Both the position numbers and the translations under genes were made by a program. From NCBI GenBank assembly GCA_964528865.1, contig CAZGTS010000001.1, positions 1 through 26,866 of the forward strand: a DNA stretch of 26,866 nt, read 5' to 3'. Source of the stretch: Candidatus Woesearchaeota archaeon. GTDB taxonomy: Archaea; Nanobdellota; Nanobdellia; Pacearchaeales; GW2011-AR1. The notes beneath the pieces are model-generated. The model did not search any database, had not been told where the DNA came from, and was given only the letters and a program-made list of their open reading frames with translations. This document shows, in pieces, positions 7,993 through 17,321 of this stretch (position 1 is its first letter; the number at the start of each line of letters is the position of its first letter).

Positions 7993-9267
7993 CTTTTGAA
8001 TAAACTTTTGGAACTTTTGAAGGATGAATTAAATTTTGATGAAAAGTATCTATCCAATCAACCTTATTTCCAGTAAGAATAATATTTTCTGCTCCGTCTA
8101 AAGTCGCACTATCAACAGAAACAACCTCGTCATCAGAAGTTCCATCTGTTCCTTCACAACAATTTCCAATAATAGAATAATATTCAACATTTCCATAAGT
8201 TTCGTCATTAGAATTTAAATTAATCACAAAATCAGATTCATGCCACATCTCCCCACATTCTTCTCCCGAATGCCCCTCCTTAAATAAAGGAATTCCTGTT
8301 TGGCATAAAGTGGAAAGTAATCCTCCAACTCCAACAACATAAGCACTCTCTTTTCCATCAACCCCGTGATGAGGTGTCCCAATTGTTATTAATGTGTAAA
8401 CATCATCTGCTCCGCCTGAATTTTTTATATAAGAACGAGAAACCAAACCCCCATTGAATGAGCAACAAGTATTACTTTATTTTTTCCAGTGTGATGTTTT
8501 ACAATTTCAACCACAGTACTTAATCTTTCACCATACTCTTGAATTGATTTTTCATCTTCACTATTAATAGTAAAATCATCCGCTTCAACTTCTCCTTTAT
8601 AATAAGTCATTCTAACTGAAATTGGTTTTTCTAATTTGCCCCACAGTCCTTCACTAATTTCGTTTTCATCTGAATTTGGATTAATTACTCCTTTATCTTC
8701 CACTAATCCGTCTCCATCTAATTCCTCCTGCATTTCTGTAAACGCATTTATACTATAAGCAGTTGTTTCTTTATTATCAACGCTATGTCCATGAACAAAA
8801 ATAATTGGATAATTTTCATCTGAAGTATCTGCTTCTAAATTATAAACACATTGTTCTGTTTCTTCGTCGCAATAACCTGCTTCACATTTACAATCATTTG
8901 GAGAATTAAAACAATTCTCTTCTTTTTCTATTTCACAAATTCCGTTTTCACATTCACTAAAACTACAATCCTTCCAACAAGCAGAATTGCACTCGCCAAA
9001 ATTACAAACATTATCTCCACAAAAAAAATCTGCTCCGCAACTTCCACAATCTAAAGAACATTCTAAACAATCTTCTTCAATTTGGCAATAGCCATCGCCA
9101 CACCAATCACAATCTAATTTACAAGAACCAATTTCATCTTCAATACATTTTCCATCACCACAAAATTTCACATTTCCAGGATTAACCAAAATAAGATTTA
9201 TAATAATCGTTAAAACAACAATAATTAAAATTCCTCCAACAAGTTTCTCTAAAAAAGAAAAGTTCAT
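7964..9267 (-). pseudogene. Membrane-anchored Cys-rich alpha/beta hydrolase (lipase/esterase), frameshifted at the nucleophile elbow
   Basis: ORF 8425-9267 ends AHSMGVWF and ORF 7964-8446 continues VSRSYI. One extra C in the C5 run (8448-8452) restores AHSMGGLVSRSYI and a 434-aa protein with FVHGH, TIGTPHHG, DEVV and FH motifs. Confidence 0.85.
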
Positions 9268-10254
9268 TTTTTATCTTTATCCAATTGTTTTTTAACAAGA
9301 TTAATTATTTTCTTCTGTTCTTTTTTATTAAACACAAACTTAAAAAATAAATAACCTCCAACAAAAAGAATAATTGCTCCAATGGCAAAGTAACTTACTT
9401 TTTTTTGTTTAGAAGAAAATGATTCCAAACCTTTATCAATAGCTTCTTGCGTTTGACTTGCTATCTGCTCATTTAATTCTTCATTTTCACAAACTCCACA
9501 ATCTTCATCACAAGATTGACAATTTTCATTCTTATTACATTCTCCGTCGCCACACCATTTACAATCTGCTTTACAAATTCCTCTTTCTAATTCTTCACAT
9601 TGTCCATTACCGCAATAAGTTTCACAAACACCCGAAGAACCACATCTTTCATAAGCCCCACAACTGCAATCATCTACAGAATTTTTACAATTTTCTCCTT
9701 CTCCAGAATCACAAAATCCATCCTTTTCCTTATAGGGTTTATTCCAACAAATTTCATGAATACAATATTTTCCTTCGCATTCATTTCCTTGAATACAAGA
9801 TTCTAAATTACATTTTCCAACATCTTCTGGACAACCCAAACAAGTTTCATGTTCAGATTCAATTTCATTATTTCCACAATAAGTTGTTGTAAAAGATATT
9901 TGTTTCTGTTTCTGTTTCTTGGGTTTGACAAAAAACACCTAGACCTTCACAGATTACACTTAATTCTTTATCATAATAGCCATTACTTCCTGCAAGAACT
10001 GGAAAAGAAAATTCTACGGAATTCCCATTAATTAATTCTTCTACAAAAGTTTCACTTTCTCCTGCATGATACCAAGTACATTTTATATTACAGATATTAC
10101 TTGAAGGAGAATAAATTTCTGCTTTTACAGTCGCGGTTTCTCCTTCATATAAATCATTAGGAAGATTATTTCCCCCCTCAATTGTAAAATCAAAAGCACT
10201 AACTAAAGATACAGAAAAACAAAAAATGATTAGTAATATTAACAACTTTTTCAT
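9264..10254 (-). pseudogene. Cys-rich type I membrane protein split by a frameshift near 9868-9938
   Basis: The upstream ORF has a signal peptide but no anchor; the downstream ORF has CGDGxC-type repeats and a C-terminal TM but no signal peptide. The frames overlap across an A6 run (9930-9935) and a (GAAACA)x3 repeat; removing 1 nt joins them. Confidence 0.7.
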
Positions 10255-10326
10255 AATCTCCTTAGAAAAAAGATATATTTAAAGTTATTGTCTGAGCGAC
10301 GGAAAAAAGATTATTTTTAAATAAAA

Positions 10327-11613
10327 TCATTTATCTTTAGATTTCTTTTTATCTGGTTTATTCTGTTGGTAATTTTTCCGAACAACATAGTTCACTGGAT
10401 TTTTTATCATCTTGCAAAAATTGTCTGGTTGGCAAACGCCGATTCCTTCATAGAATTCTTTACAGTTTTGGGGCATAATTGGTTTTCTTGCATAGCTCCA
10501 AGAAAGTTGGGATGTTATGTAACCTTGCGTTAAAGGAGAGGCATTTTTTTTATTCCATTCTTCAATTTTCTTTTCAAGTTCTTCCTTGTCCATTCCAATA
10601 GAACGGAACAAATTTATCAAAACAAACAATGCTCTTTTTTTCCCATCTACAAGTCCCTTTAATATATTCTGCACACAAGGAGGAAAATTTTCTTCAGACA
10701 AGTTGTCCAGTTTGATTGGTTTGAAATTTGCATATTTTCCTTTTATTTTTTCTTTGTCTTCTCCTGATTCAATTTCATTTTGCTTTGCCCAATCAAGTGC
10801 TTGCATTAAAAGTTCAGAGGCTTCTCCTTCTTTAGAGTCTGGCATAAAGTTCTTAATTTTTATTTTCATCGGGTCTGCATCTTTTGGCTGGAATTTAGAA
10901 ATTTTTTCTGGGTCTAAAACAACACTTGCTAATGCTGTTTTCTCGTGGAGAGAATAAGGCATTCTAAATAAATGCCGAGAGGAAACTAAAACCAAATCAG
11001 GCATTACTTCTTTTGGGGCTTGGAAATCTTTTACATATTTGTTTGGTCTTTCCAAGTCGCTGATTTTTTCAATTAACTGGGCTTTTGTTTTTTCCATAAT
11101 GTATTGGGTTATAATTCTTGGATATTTAGGGAACATTGTTGAAGTTTTTATCTCATTGATTTCTTTTGGGAAAGCTTTCCATGGAACAATTATGTGAAAT
11201 CCTTTTGAACCTGAAAATTTAATTCCGATGTTTTTTACTCCGTGAAATTTTAATATTTGAATTATTACTTCTGCAGAAATTTTTGAATAATCAATGTATT
11301 TGCTGTCAATGTCAATTATTAAATCCCAGCCAGTTCGCAGTTCATTTGTCTGTTGGGGGTTCATGCCTGTTACAATGTTTAAAGGTTCTTGCCAAATTTC
11401 TTCTGAACAATGAAAAGATGTTGCACCTTTTTTAACTAACTCTAAAATGTCTCCAATATACTGAAATATATCTGGGCGTTTTCCAAAACCTTCAAAATAC
11501 CTTGGGCAAATTTCTCTATTTTTTGAGAATTCAAAAATTGCTTTTTGAACTTCTGGTTTAGAATAATATATATGAATTATATTTTTTATTCTTTTTTCTT
11601 TGTGTGAAAGCAT
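10327..11613 (-). CDS. priS: DNA primase, fused catalytic (PriS) and Fe-S (PriL C-terminal) domains
   Basis: AEP motifs DLIIDID, FSGSKGFH and RMPYSLHEKT, then a PriL-CTD-like FPPC...C...C...C cluster in one 428-aa chain. Confidence 0.9.
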   Translation of the reverse strand: MLSHKEKRIKNIIHIYYSKPEVQKAIFEFSKNREICPRYFEGFGKRPDIFQYIGDILELVKKGATSFHCSEEIWQEPLNIVTGMNPQQTNELRTGWDLIIDIDSKYIDYSKISAEVIIQILKFHGVKNIGIKFSGSKGFHIIVPWKAFPKEINEIKTSTMFPKYPRIITQYIMEKTKAQLIEKISDLERPNKYVKDFQAPKEVMPDLVLVSSRHLFRMPYSLHEKTALASVVLDPEKISKFQPKDADPMKIKIKNFMPDSKEGEASELLMQALDWAKQNEIESGEDKEKIKGKYANFKPIKLDNLSEENFPPCVQNILKGLVDGKKRALFVLINLFRSIGMDKEELEKKIEEWNKKNASPLTQGYITSQLSWSYARKPIMPQNCKEFYEGIGVCQPDNFCKMIKNPVNYVVRKNYQQNKPDKKKSKDK

Positions 11614-11696
11614 GTTAATTAAAATAACTGAAGATTTATATTAATTACTATGTTCAGAACAACAATATTTAAAAGATAAATCATATTCTAATTTGT

Positions 11697-12422
11697 ATGT
11701 TAGTTAAATTGGAAAATCCTGCTTTATTGTCAAAGGCGATTGATATTATTTCGGAGCTTGTTACTGACGCGAGAATTAAGGTGAATGAGTTTGGAATGAG
11801 TATTACTGCTATTGACCCTGCGAATGTTGCGATGGTTGGATTTAGGTTGCCGAAGAGTGCTTTTTCTCAGTTTGAGACCGGTAATGAGGTTTTAGGTGTT
11901 AACTTAGATAATCTGAAAAAAATTTTGAAAAGATGCGGAGTTGGAAGTTCGTTGATTTTAGAAAAAAAAGAGAATCAATTAGAAATTAAAATTTATGACA
12001 AAATCAGGAGAAATTTTAGTTTGAATTTAATTGAAATTGAAAGCGAAGATAAGGAAATGCCAAGTTTGGATTTTAGTTCGCGGGTTGAGATGTTGTCGAA
12101 TTATTTTATCGAGGCTGTTGAAGATTGTGCGGTTGTTGATGATGCGTGTTCGTTTATTATTGAAGACGGTAAATTCATAATTAACGCGAAAAGTTTGAAT
12201 TCTGCGCGTTCTGAATTTTCAAGTGACGAGGTGAAAATTGAAGCTGAAAATTGCAAGTCAAGATATAGTTTAGAATATTTGCAAAAATTTTCTAAAGGAG
12301 CCAAACTTTGCGATAAGACAATTTTGAATTTTGCAAACGAGCATCCGTTGAAGATAGAATTTAAGGCTGAACATTTTGATTTGAGTTTTATTCTTGCTCC
12401 ACGCGTTGAGACCGAGGATTAG
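11697..12422 (+). CDS. pcn: DNA polymerase sliding clamp PCNA
   Basis: AIDPANVAMV, GVNLDNLKKILK, SRYSLEYL and HPLKIEF...FILAPR match archaeal PCNA; TTTAAAAG 29 nt upstream. Confidence 0.97.
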   Translation: MLVKLENPALLSKAIDIISELVTDARIKVNEFGMSITAIDPANVAMVGFRLPKSAFSQFETGNEVLGVNLDNLKKILKRCGVGSSLILEKKENQLEIKIYDKIRRNFSLNLIEIESEDKEMPSLDFSSRVEMLSNYFIEAVEDCAVVDDACSFIIEDGKFIINAKSLNSARSEFSSDEVKIEAENCKSRYSLEYLQKFSKGAKLCDKTILNFANEHPLKIEFKAEHFDLSFILAPRVETED

Positions 12423-12453
12423 CGATTTAAATATCTAAAGCATTAATGAAAAT

Positions 12454-12587
12454 CGCTTGTCCGAGTTGAGGATTAACGCGAAGGAGAAATTAAATATATT
12501 AATACCGAGAGTTAGTCCGAGTTGAGAACTAGCACGAGAGAAGCAGTATAATCCAGTGACGAGTGCTGGGCTGAGTTGAAGATTAGC
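12454..12587 (+). repeat. Array of three hairpins with an invariant GAGTTGA loop at 54-56 nt period
   Basis: Loops at 12463-12469, 12519-12525 and 12573-12579, each closed by a different but complementary stem; a fourth degenerate half-unit overlaps the PCNA stop. Confidence 0.7.
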
Positions 12588-12647
12588 TCCTTTGGCAAAT
12601 ATTTATATTATCAAAAAGATTATAAGCATAAATGTTTTGGTGTGTTT

Positions 12648-13484
12648 ATGAATAGAGATAAAAAATCAAAAATTTTTTATCCCGCTCGCTCGCCCAGGCG
12701 TGGTCGAACGAAAGAGGGACAAGTAACTATTTTTATAATTATTGGTATATTATTCATTACAGCAATTATGCTTTTTTTCTTTCTTAGAGAAGACCTTCTT
12801 CCTGGAACAGGAGGAAAATCAGAAGAAAATCCTGGAGGGTTTTTAGAAATTTGTATAGAAGACAAATTAATAGAAGGAACTAAATTGATTTCTTCACAGG
12901 GAGGGTACATTGAAAATCCTCTTAACAGAACTTTTAAGTTTAGTGATGAAAATGATTTTACCGATATTTCTTATTTGTGTTATAATCAAAATAATTATTT
13001 CTCTTGCATAAACCAAGAACCAATGTTAATACAACATTTGAAAGCAGAAGTAAAAACATATGTTTTTGATGATGTTCGGACTTGTTTTGATAATTTAGTT
13101 TTAAGTTTAGGTAAAAGGGGTTATGTTGTTGATGCAACGTATAATGGATTTGAAATTGAGTTTGCGACAAAAAAAATTATTATTGATATTGACGGAAAAA
13201 TTATTTTAACAAAATCTGATGAGACTACAAGACAGGAAAATCTTAAAATAATTTTTCCGAGCAGGTTCTATGATTTGGCTGGCGTTGTGCAAGAAATAGT
13301 TAGTCAAGAAGCAAGGTTTTGTAATTTTGAGAATTTGGGATTTATGGCATTTTATCCTAAGTTTAATATAGAAAGATTTAGAATAGGGGATGGAACAATA
13401 ATTTATACTGTTAAACATTTGGAGACTCAAGAAGAATTTAAATTTGCCATAAGAGGTTGCATTATACCTCCAAAAATATTTTAA
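12648..13484 (+). CDS. Class III signal-peptide (archaeal pilin-like) protein, 278 aa (start revised from TTG 12576)
   Basis: ..KEG/QVTIFIIIGILFITAIMLFFF; TATA-like ATTATAAG at 12619 is 29 nt before ATG 12648; paralog of 17322-18092. Confidence 0.8.
   Translation: MNRDKKSKIFYPARSPRRGRTKEGQVTIFIIIGILFITAIMLFFFLREDLLPGTGGKSEENPGGFLEICIEDKLIEGTKLISSQGGYIENPLNRTFKFSDENDFTDISYLCYNQNNYFSCINQEPMLIQHLKAEVKTYVFDDVRTCFDNLVLSLGKRGYVVDATYNGFEIEFATKKIIIDIDGKIILTKSDETTRQENLKIIFPSRFYDLAGVVQEIVSQEARFCNFENLGFMAFYPKFNIERFRIGDGTIIYTVKHLETQEEFKFAIRGCIIPPKIF
12683..12711. repeat. REP-like hairpin copy 1 (in the prepilin leader-coding region)
   Basis: CGCTCGCTC-GCCCAGGCGT-GGTCGAACGA; the last 20 nt match 26515-26534 at 19/20. 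Confidence 0.75.
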
Positions 13485-13496
13485 TTTAAACAAACA

Positions 13497-16400
13497 ATGA
13501 AAAAAGCAAATACTAAAAAAATAGAAATTATTTCATTAATAATAGTTATTTTACAAATATTTTTGTTAATGAATTTAGTTTCCTCAAATAGTTATCTTAT
13601 TCATCAAGCTGATAAGTCTTTAGAAAATTTAAACACTATTGATGAGGAAAAAAGTTTTAACAATTTGATTAACTCTGGGTTGAATTTATTAAGTGGTATT
13701 TTGTCTATAAAACAAATAGGAATTGTTTCTGCAGAAGTGTCAGAAGTTCCTCAATATTGTTGTTCTAAATCTAATGGAGAAGATGTCTGTTCAGATACCT
13801 CTGACCCTTTTTCTCCTTGTGATGTTCCAATACTCAGTGGAACTTGTGAACAAAATAATTGTATGAAATGTTGTCCTGAAACTAATGAAGGAGAATTTTG
13901 TAAAGATGTTTCAATGCTTTTTGAAGATTGTGCTAGACCATTAATTGATGGAAATTGTCTTGATATTGATTGTATAAGCTGTTGTCCAAAGACAATTGAA
14001 GAAGAATTTTGTAAAGATGTTTCTAAATTTCATCAAGATATTTGTTCAGATGAATATCCTTTATATTCAACGAATTGCCAAGCAATTAATTGTAGAAAAG
14101 TAGTTTTAAATGATCCTAATATACCTCCACAAGATCCTTTAGATTTAGATATTAGTTGGAATTGCTGTTCTGAGTTGGAAGATGGTTCTATTTGTCAAGA
14201 CATTGCTTCAATTACTCCTGAACTTTGTTCTGTTTCGCCTTTACCAACAAAATGTGAAGATACTGTAAATTGTAAACTTGGATGTTGTATTGATGAAGAA
14301 GAAGGTTTATGTGCAACAAAAGCTTCTAAACAAAAATGTGAAGAAGGTGGGGGAGAATGGGATAATGATTTCAATTGCTTGATTCAGGAATGTCAAAAAG
14401 GATGCTGTGTTTTAGGAAATAATGCGGAATTTGTTACAGAAACAAGATGTGACAAACTTTCAATATCTTGGGGTTTTGAAAAAGATTTCAAAGAATATTT
14501 AAAAACAGAAATTCAATGTCTTGCTCTTGTTGCTAATACTTCTACAGAATCTTGTATTGGTAATAATTGTGTAACTCCAGAAAAAAAAGATTGCATTGAT
14601 GAAAAAGGAGATGTAAAAAAAGACGGGGAAAGTTGGTGTTCTTATGAAGGCTATATTGGTGATGGAAAAGACACTGTTGGTAGCAGGCACTGGAAACAAT
14701 CTTGTGTTGATGGTGAAATTGTAAATGAAGGGTGCCAAGATTATAGAGGATATATTTGTGCTCAAACAATAATGGAAGAAGGCTCATTAAAATTTTCTAT
14801 GGCTTCCTGTGTTCCTAATGAAGCAATTTTATGTTTAGGATATAATAGTGACCAAGCAACTATGGGGGAAAATTGTAATGAAAATAAACATTGTATGATT
14901 AAAAACATTTATGTTGATTCATATTTTAAGTTTGATGTTTGTGTTGGAAGGTATCCTCCAGGAATTAAAGATTACTGTTCAATGGCTAGCCAGACATGCA
15001 CTGTGATATATGTGAAGGATTGGAAAGGAAGTTGGAAATGTGAAAAAAACTGTAATTGTGAAAGACAAGTATTCCCAGAACAAATGAATAATTTGTGTAT
15101 TTCTATGGGAGATTGTGGTAGTTATATTAATTATATTGGAAATGGGACAGATAATATAAAAGTTACAAATGCTCCAATGATTTCTTGGAAAAATTATAAA
15201 AATTATGTGAACTTAGTAGCAGGGCAATTTGTAGAACCGCAAGACATAGATAAATTTTTATCTTCTTTAACAGGAACAAGTACAACTCTTCCTGGAGAAG
15301 AACCTGATGGTTTTAATAAAGGTGTTAAATTTTTAGGACAGATTATAGGAGCAGCAGGTAGTTTAGTTAGTGCGAGTATGTTTCTAGGATCAATGGTTCC
15401 ATCGATGTCAATTGTAGTTTCACCAGGTGTTTATGCAGGTCTTAGCGCATTTTCAGGAGCAGCAGCTGGAGCAGCAATTGGTGCAATGGCAGGAGCATAT
15501 CTTGCAAAAGCTCTTGGAATATCAGGAATTGCTGCAACTGTTATGATGGTTGCAGGAGCAGTCGCAGGAGCTGTTATCGGAGCATGGGCGGTAGGAATGG
15601 CAATTCCAGTGGTAGGTTGGGTAATTGCCATAATAGCAGTACTAATTATGATTTATATTGCGCTTATTGGTTGGGGAAAAACAAAAGAAATAAAAGTTAA
15701 ATTTGAATGCATGCCTTGGGAAGCTCCTGTTGGAGGAAGTGATTGTGAAAGATGTCATGAAGATGATTCAAAACCTTGCACAAAATATAAATGTGAAAGT
15801 CTTGGGCAAACATGTAAATTATTAAATGAAAATGAAGAAAACCCGATTTGTGAAAGTATAGCTCATGAATCAAATCCTCCAGTGATTTCTGCAGGAGATA
15901 TTTTTAATTATACTCATCTATTAAATAATCCATTAAATCCCTTTAAGATTGATTTTAATTATAAATTCCAGAAGGAAAAAACAAAATATGTAGAATTAAA
16001 ACAAAGTAATGGGAAATGTATTCAAGAATTCACGCCTATCTTGTTTAATTTAAATACAGATGAGTTTGCTCAATGCAAATATAGTTTTCAAAAAACCAGC
16101 CTATTTGAAGAAATGGAAGAATATCCTCTTGAACAAACTAAATTTGGAATAAACCACACTTTTAAATTTAAAATGCCAAGTTTAAGTCACTTAGAGGTTT
16201 ACAATATTAGTGAAGACTTAAAAGAAAGTTTTGGAAACTTGAACATGTATGTAAGATGCCAAGACTATCAGGGGAATTTTAATATAAATGAATATATAGT
16301 AAACTTCTGCATTAATTCAGAACCAGACACAACTGCTGTTAATCATGAGTTTACAATTACAAATCCTAAAAACAAATATTTTTTGAAATATGGAACAACA

Positions 16401-17237
16401 CAACAGGACATGAAGATGCGGATAAACGAACCAGCAGAATGTAAGTATGATATTATCCCAGGAATAGATTATGATGCTATGATAAATTCAATGACATGCA
16501 ACTGGATGTCTGAAGAAGAAGATAATTGGTTATGCAATACAACTTTAAGTGTAAGTGGTGGAGAAAATAAATTTTATATTAAATGCAGAGATAAACCTTG
16601 GTTTGATTATCTTGAGACAGATGAAGAAAGAGAAAAATACAAAGGACGAAATACTAATGTCAATGATTTTATTTATACTTTACATGTAACAGATAAAGAA
16701 TTAATAATAGATTCAATTACTCCTAAAGGAACTTTGGAATTTGGGTTTGAACCAGTTTCTGTTGATTTGGAAGTCAAAACTTCTGGCGGAGTAGATAATG
16801 GAAATTCTAAATGCTCTTATCAGTGGGCAGGAAATTGGATTCAGTTCTTGAGTACTTTTTCAAATTCGCATACTCAGCCAGGAGTAAATTTAATGAGTGG
16901 GAATTTTAATACTCCAATAAAGTGTGAAGATGATGTAGAAAATGTTGTTTATGGAAATGCCGTGTTCAAAATAGAAGTGGATTCAGAACCTCCAATTGCG
17001 GTGAGGGTTTTTTATGAAGGAGGTGACCTTAAATTAATTACAGATGAAGAAGCAAAATGTTATTATGATTTTAATAGTTGTGATTTTAATCTTATTAATG
17101 GAAGTTCTATGTCTTCTTCACTTTCAATAGAGCATTCTGCAAAATGGAGTGTAGGACAAACGCATTATATAAAATGCGAAGATTTTTGGGGAAACACAAA
17201 TCCAACTTGTGCAATTAAAGTAGAACCAAGTAATTAA
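13497..17237 (+). CDS. Giant secreted/membrane Cys-rich protein with a central Gly/Ala-rich hydrophobic region and C-terminal FN3/Ig-like repeats
   Basis: N-terminal hydrophobic signal, many CC/CxxC motifs, a ~119-aa hydrophobic Gly-zipper stretch (aa 609-727) and repeated (T/I)(N/D)E.A.CK(Y) beta-sandwich-like motifs. Confidence 0.8.
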   Translation: MKKANTKKIEIISLIIVILQIFLLMNLVSSNSYLIHQADKSLENLNTIDEEKSFNNLINSGLNLLSGILSIKQIGIVSAEVSEVPQYCCSKSNGEDVCSDTSDPFSPCDVPILSGTCEQNNCMKCCPETNEGEFCKDVSMLFEDCARPLIDGNCLDIDCISCCPKTIEEEFCKDVSKFHQDICSDEYPLYSTNCQAINCRKVVLNDPNIPPQDPLDLDISWNCCSELEDGSICQDIASITPELCSVSPLPTKCEDTVNCKLGCCIDEEEGLCATKASKQKCEEGGGEWDNDFNCLIQECQKGCCVLGNNAEFVTETRCDKLSISWGFEKDFKEYLKTEIQCLALVANTSTESCIGNNCVTPEKKDCIDEKGDVKKDGESWCSYEGYIGDGKDTVGSRHWKQSCVDGEIVNEGCQDYRGYICAQTIMEEGSLKFSMASCVPNEAILCLGYNSDQATMGENCNENKHCMIKNIYVDSYFKFDVCVGRYPPGIKDYCSMASQTCTVIYVKDWKGSWKCEKNCNCERQVFPEQMNNLCISMGDCGSYINYIGNGTDNIKVTNAPMISWKNYKNYVNLVAGQFVEPQDIDKFLSSLTGTSTTLPGEEPDGFNKGVKFLGQIIGAAGSLVSASMFLGSMVPSMSIVVSPGVYAGLSAFSGAAAGAAIGAMAGAYLAKALGISGIAATVMMVAGAVAGAVIGAWAVGMAIPVVGWVIAIIAVLIMIYIALIGWGKTKEIKVKFECMPWEAPVGGSDCERCHEDDSKPCTKYKCESLGQTCKLLNENEENPICESIAHESNPPVISAGDIFNYTHLLNNPLNPFKIDFNYKFQKEKTKYVELKQSNGKCIQEFTPILFNLNTDEFAQCKYSFQKTSLFEEMEEYPLEQTKFGINHTFKFKMPSLSHLEVYNISEDLKESFGNLNMYVRCQDYQGNFNINEYIVNFCINSEPDTTAVNHEFTITNPKNKYFLKYGTTQQDMKMRINEPAECKYDIIPGIDYDAMINSMTCNWMSEEEDNWLCNTTLSVSGGENKFYIKCRDKPWFDYLETDEEREKYKGRNTNVNDFIYTLHVTDKELIIDSITPKGTLEFGFEPVSVDLEVKTSGGVDNGNSKCSYQWAGNWIQFLSTFSNSHTQPGVNLMSGNFNTPIKCEDDVENVVYGNAVFKIEVDSEPPIAVRVFYEGGDLKLITDEEAKCYYDFNSCDFNLINGSSMSSSLSIEHSAKWSVGQTHYIKCEDFWGNTNPTCAIKVEPSN

Positions 17238-17321
17238 AATAAATTTATAAAGCAAATATAAAATTTCCATTATAAATATTTTCAAGAAAATATTTATAAA
17301 CAAGGTTATCCTAAAATTAAT

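Noticed and set aside
8440-8460. Programmed -1 ribosomal frameshift in the lipase
   Set aside because: The zero-frame codons ATG GGG GTT TGG do not form an X XXY YYZ slippery heptamer, and no clear downstream stimulator was seen.
12454-12590. Canonical CRISPR array
   Set aside because: Only three units, with repeats too divergent outside the 7-nt loop, and no cas genes in the window. Kept as an unexplained hairpin array.
12576-12647. ORF-track start at TTG 12576
   Set aside because: It begins inside hairpin R3 and upstream of the TATA box at 12619; ATG 12648 fits the 29-nt spacing.
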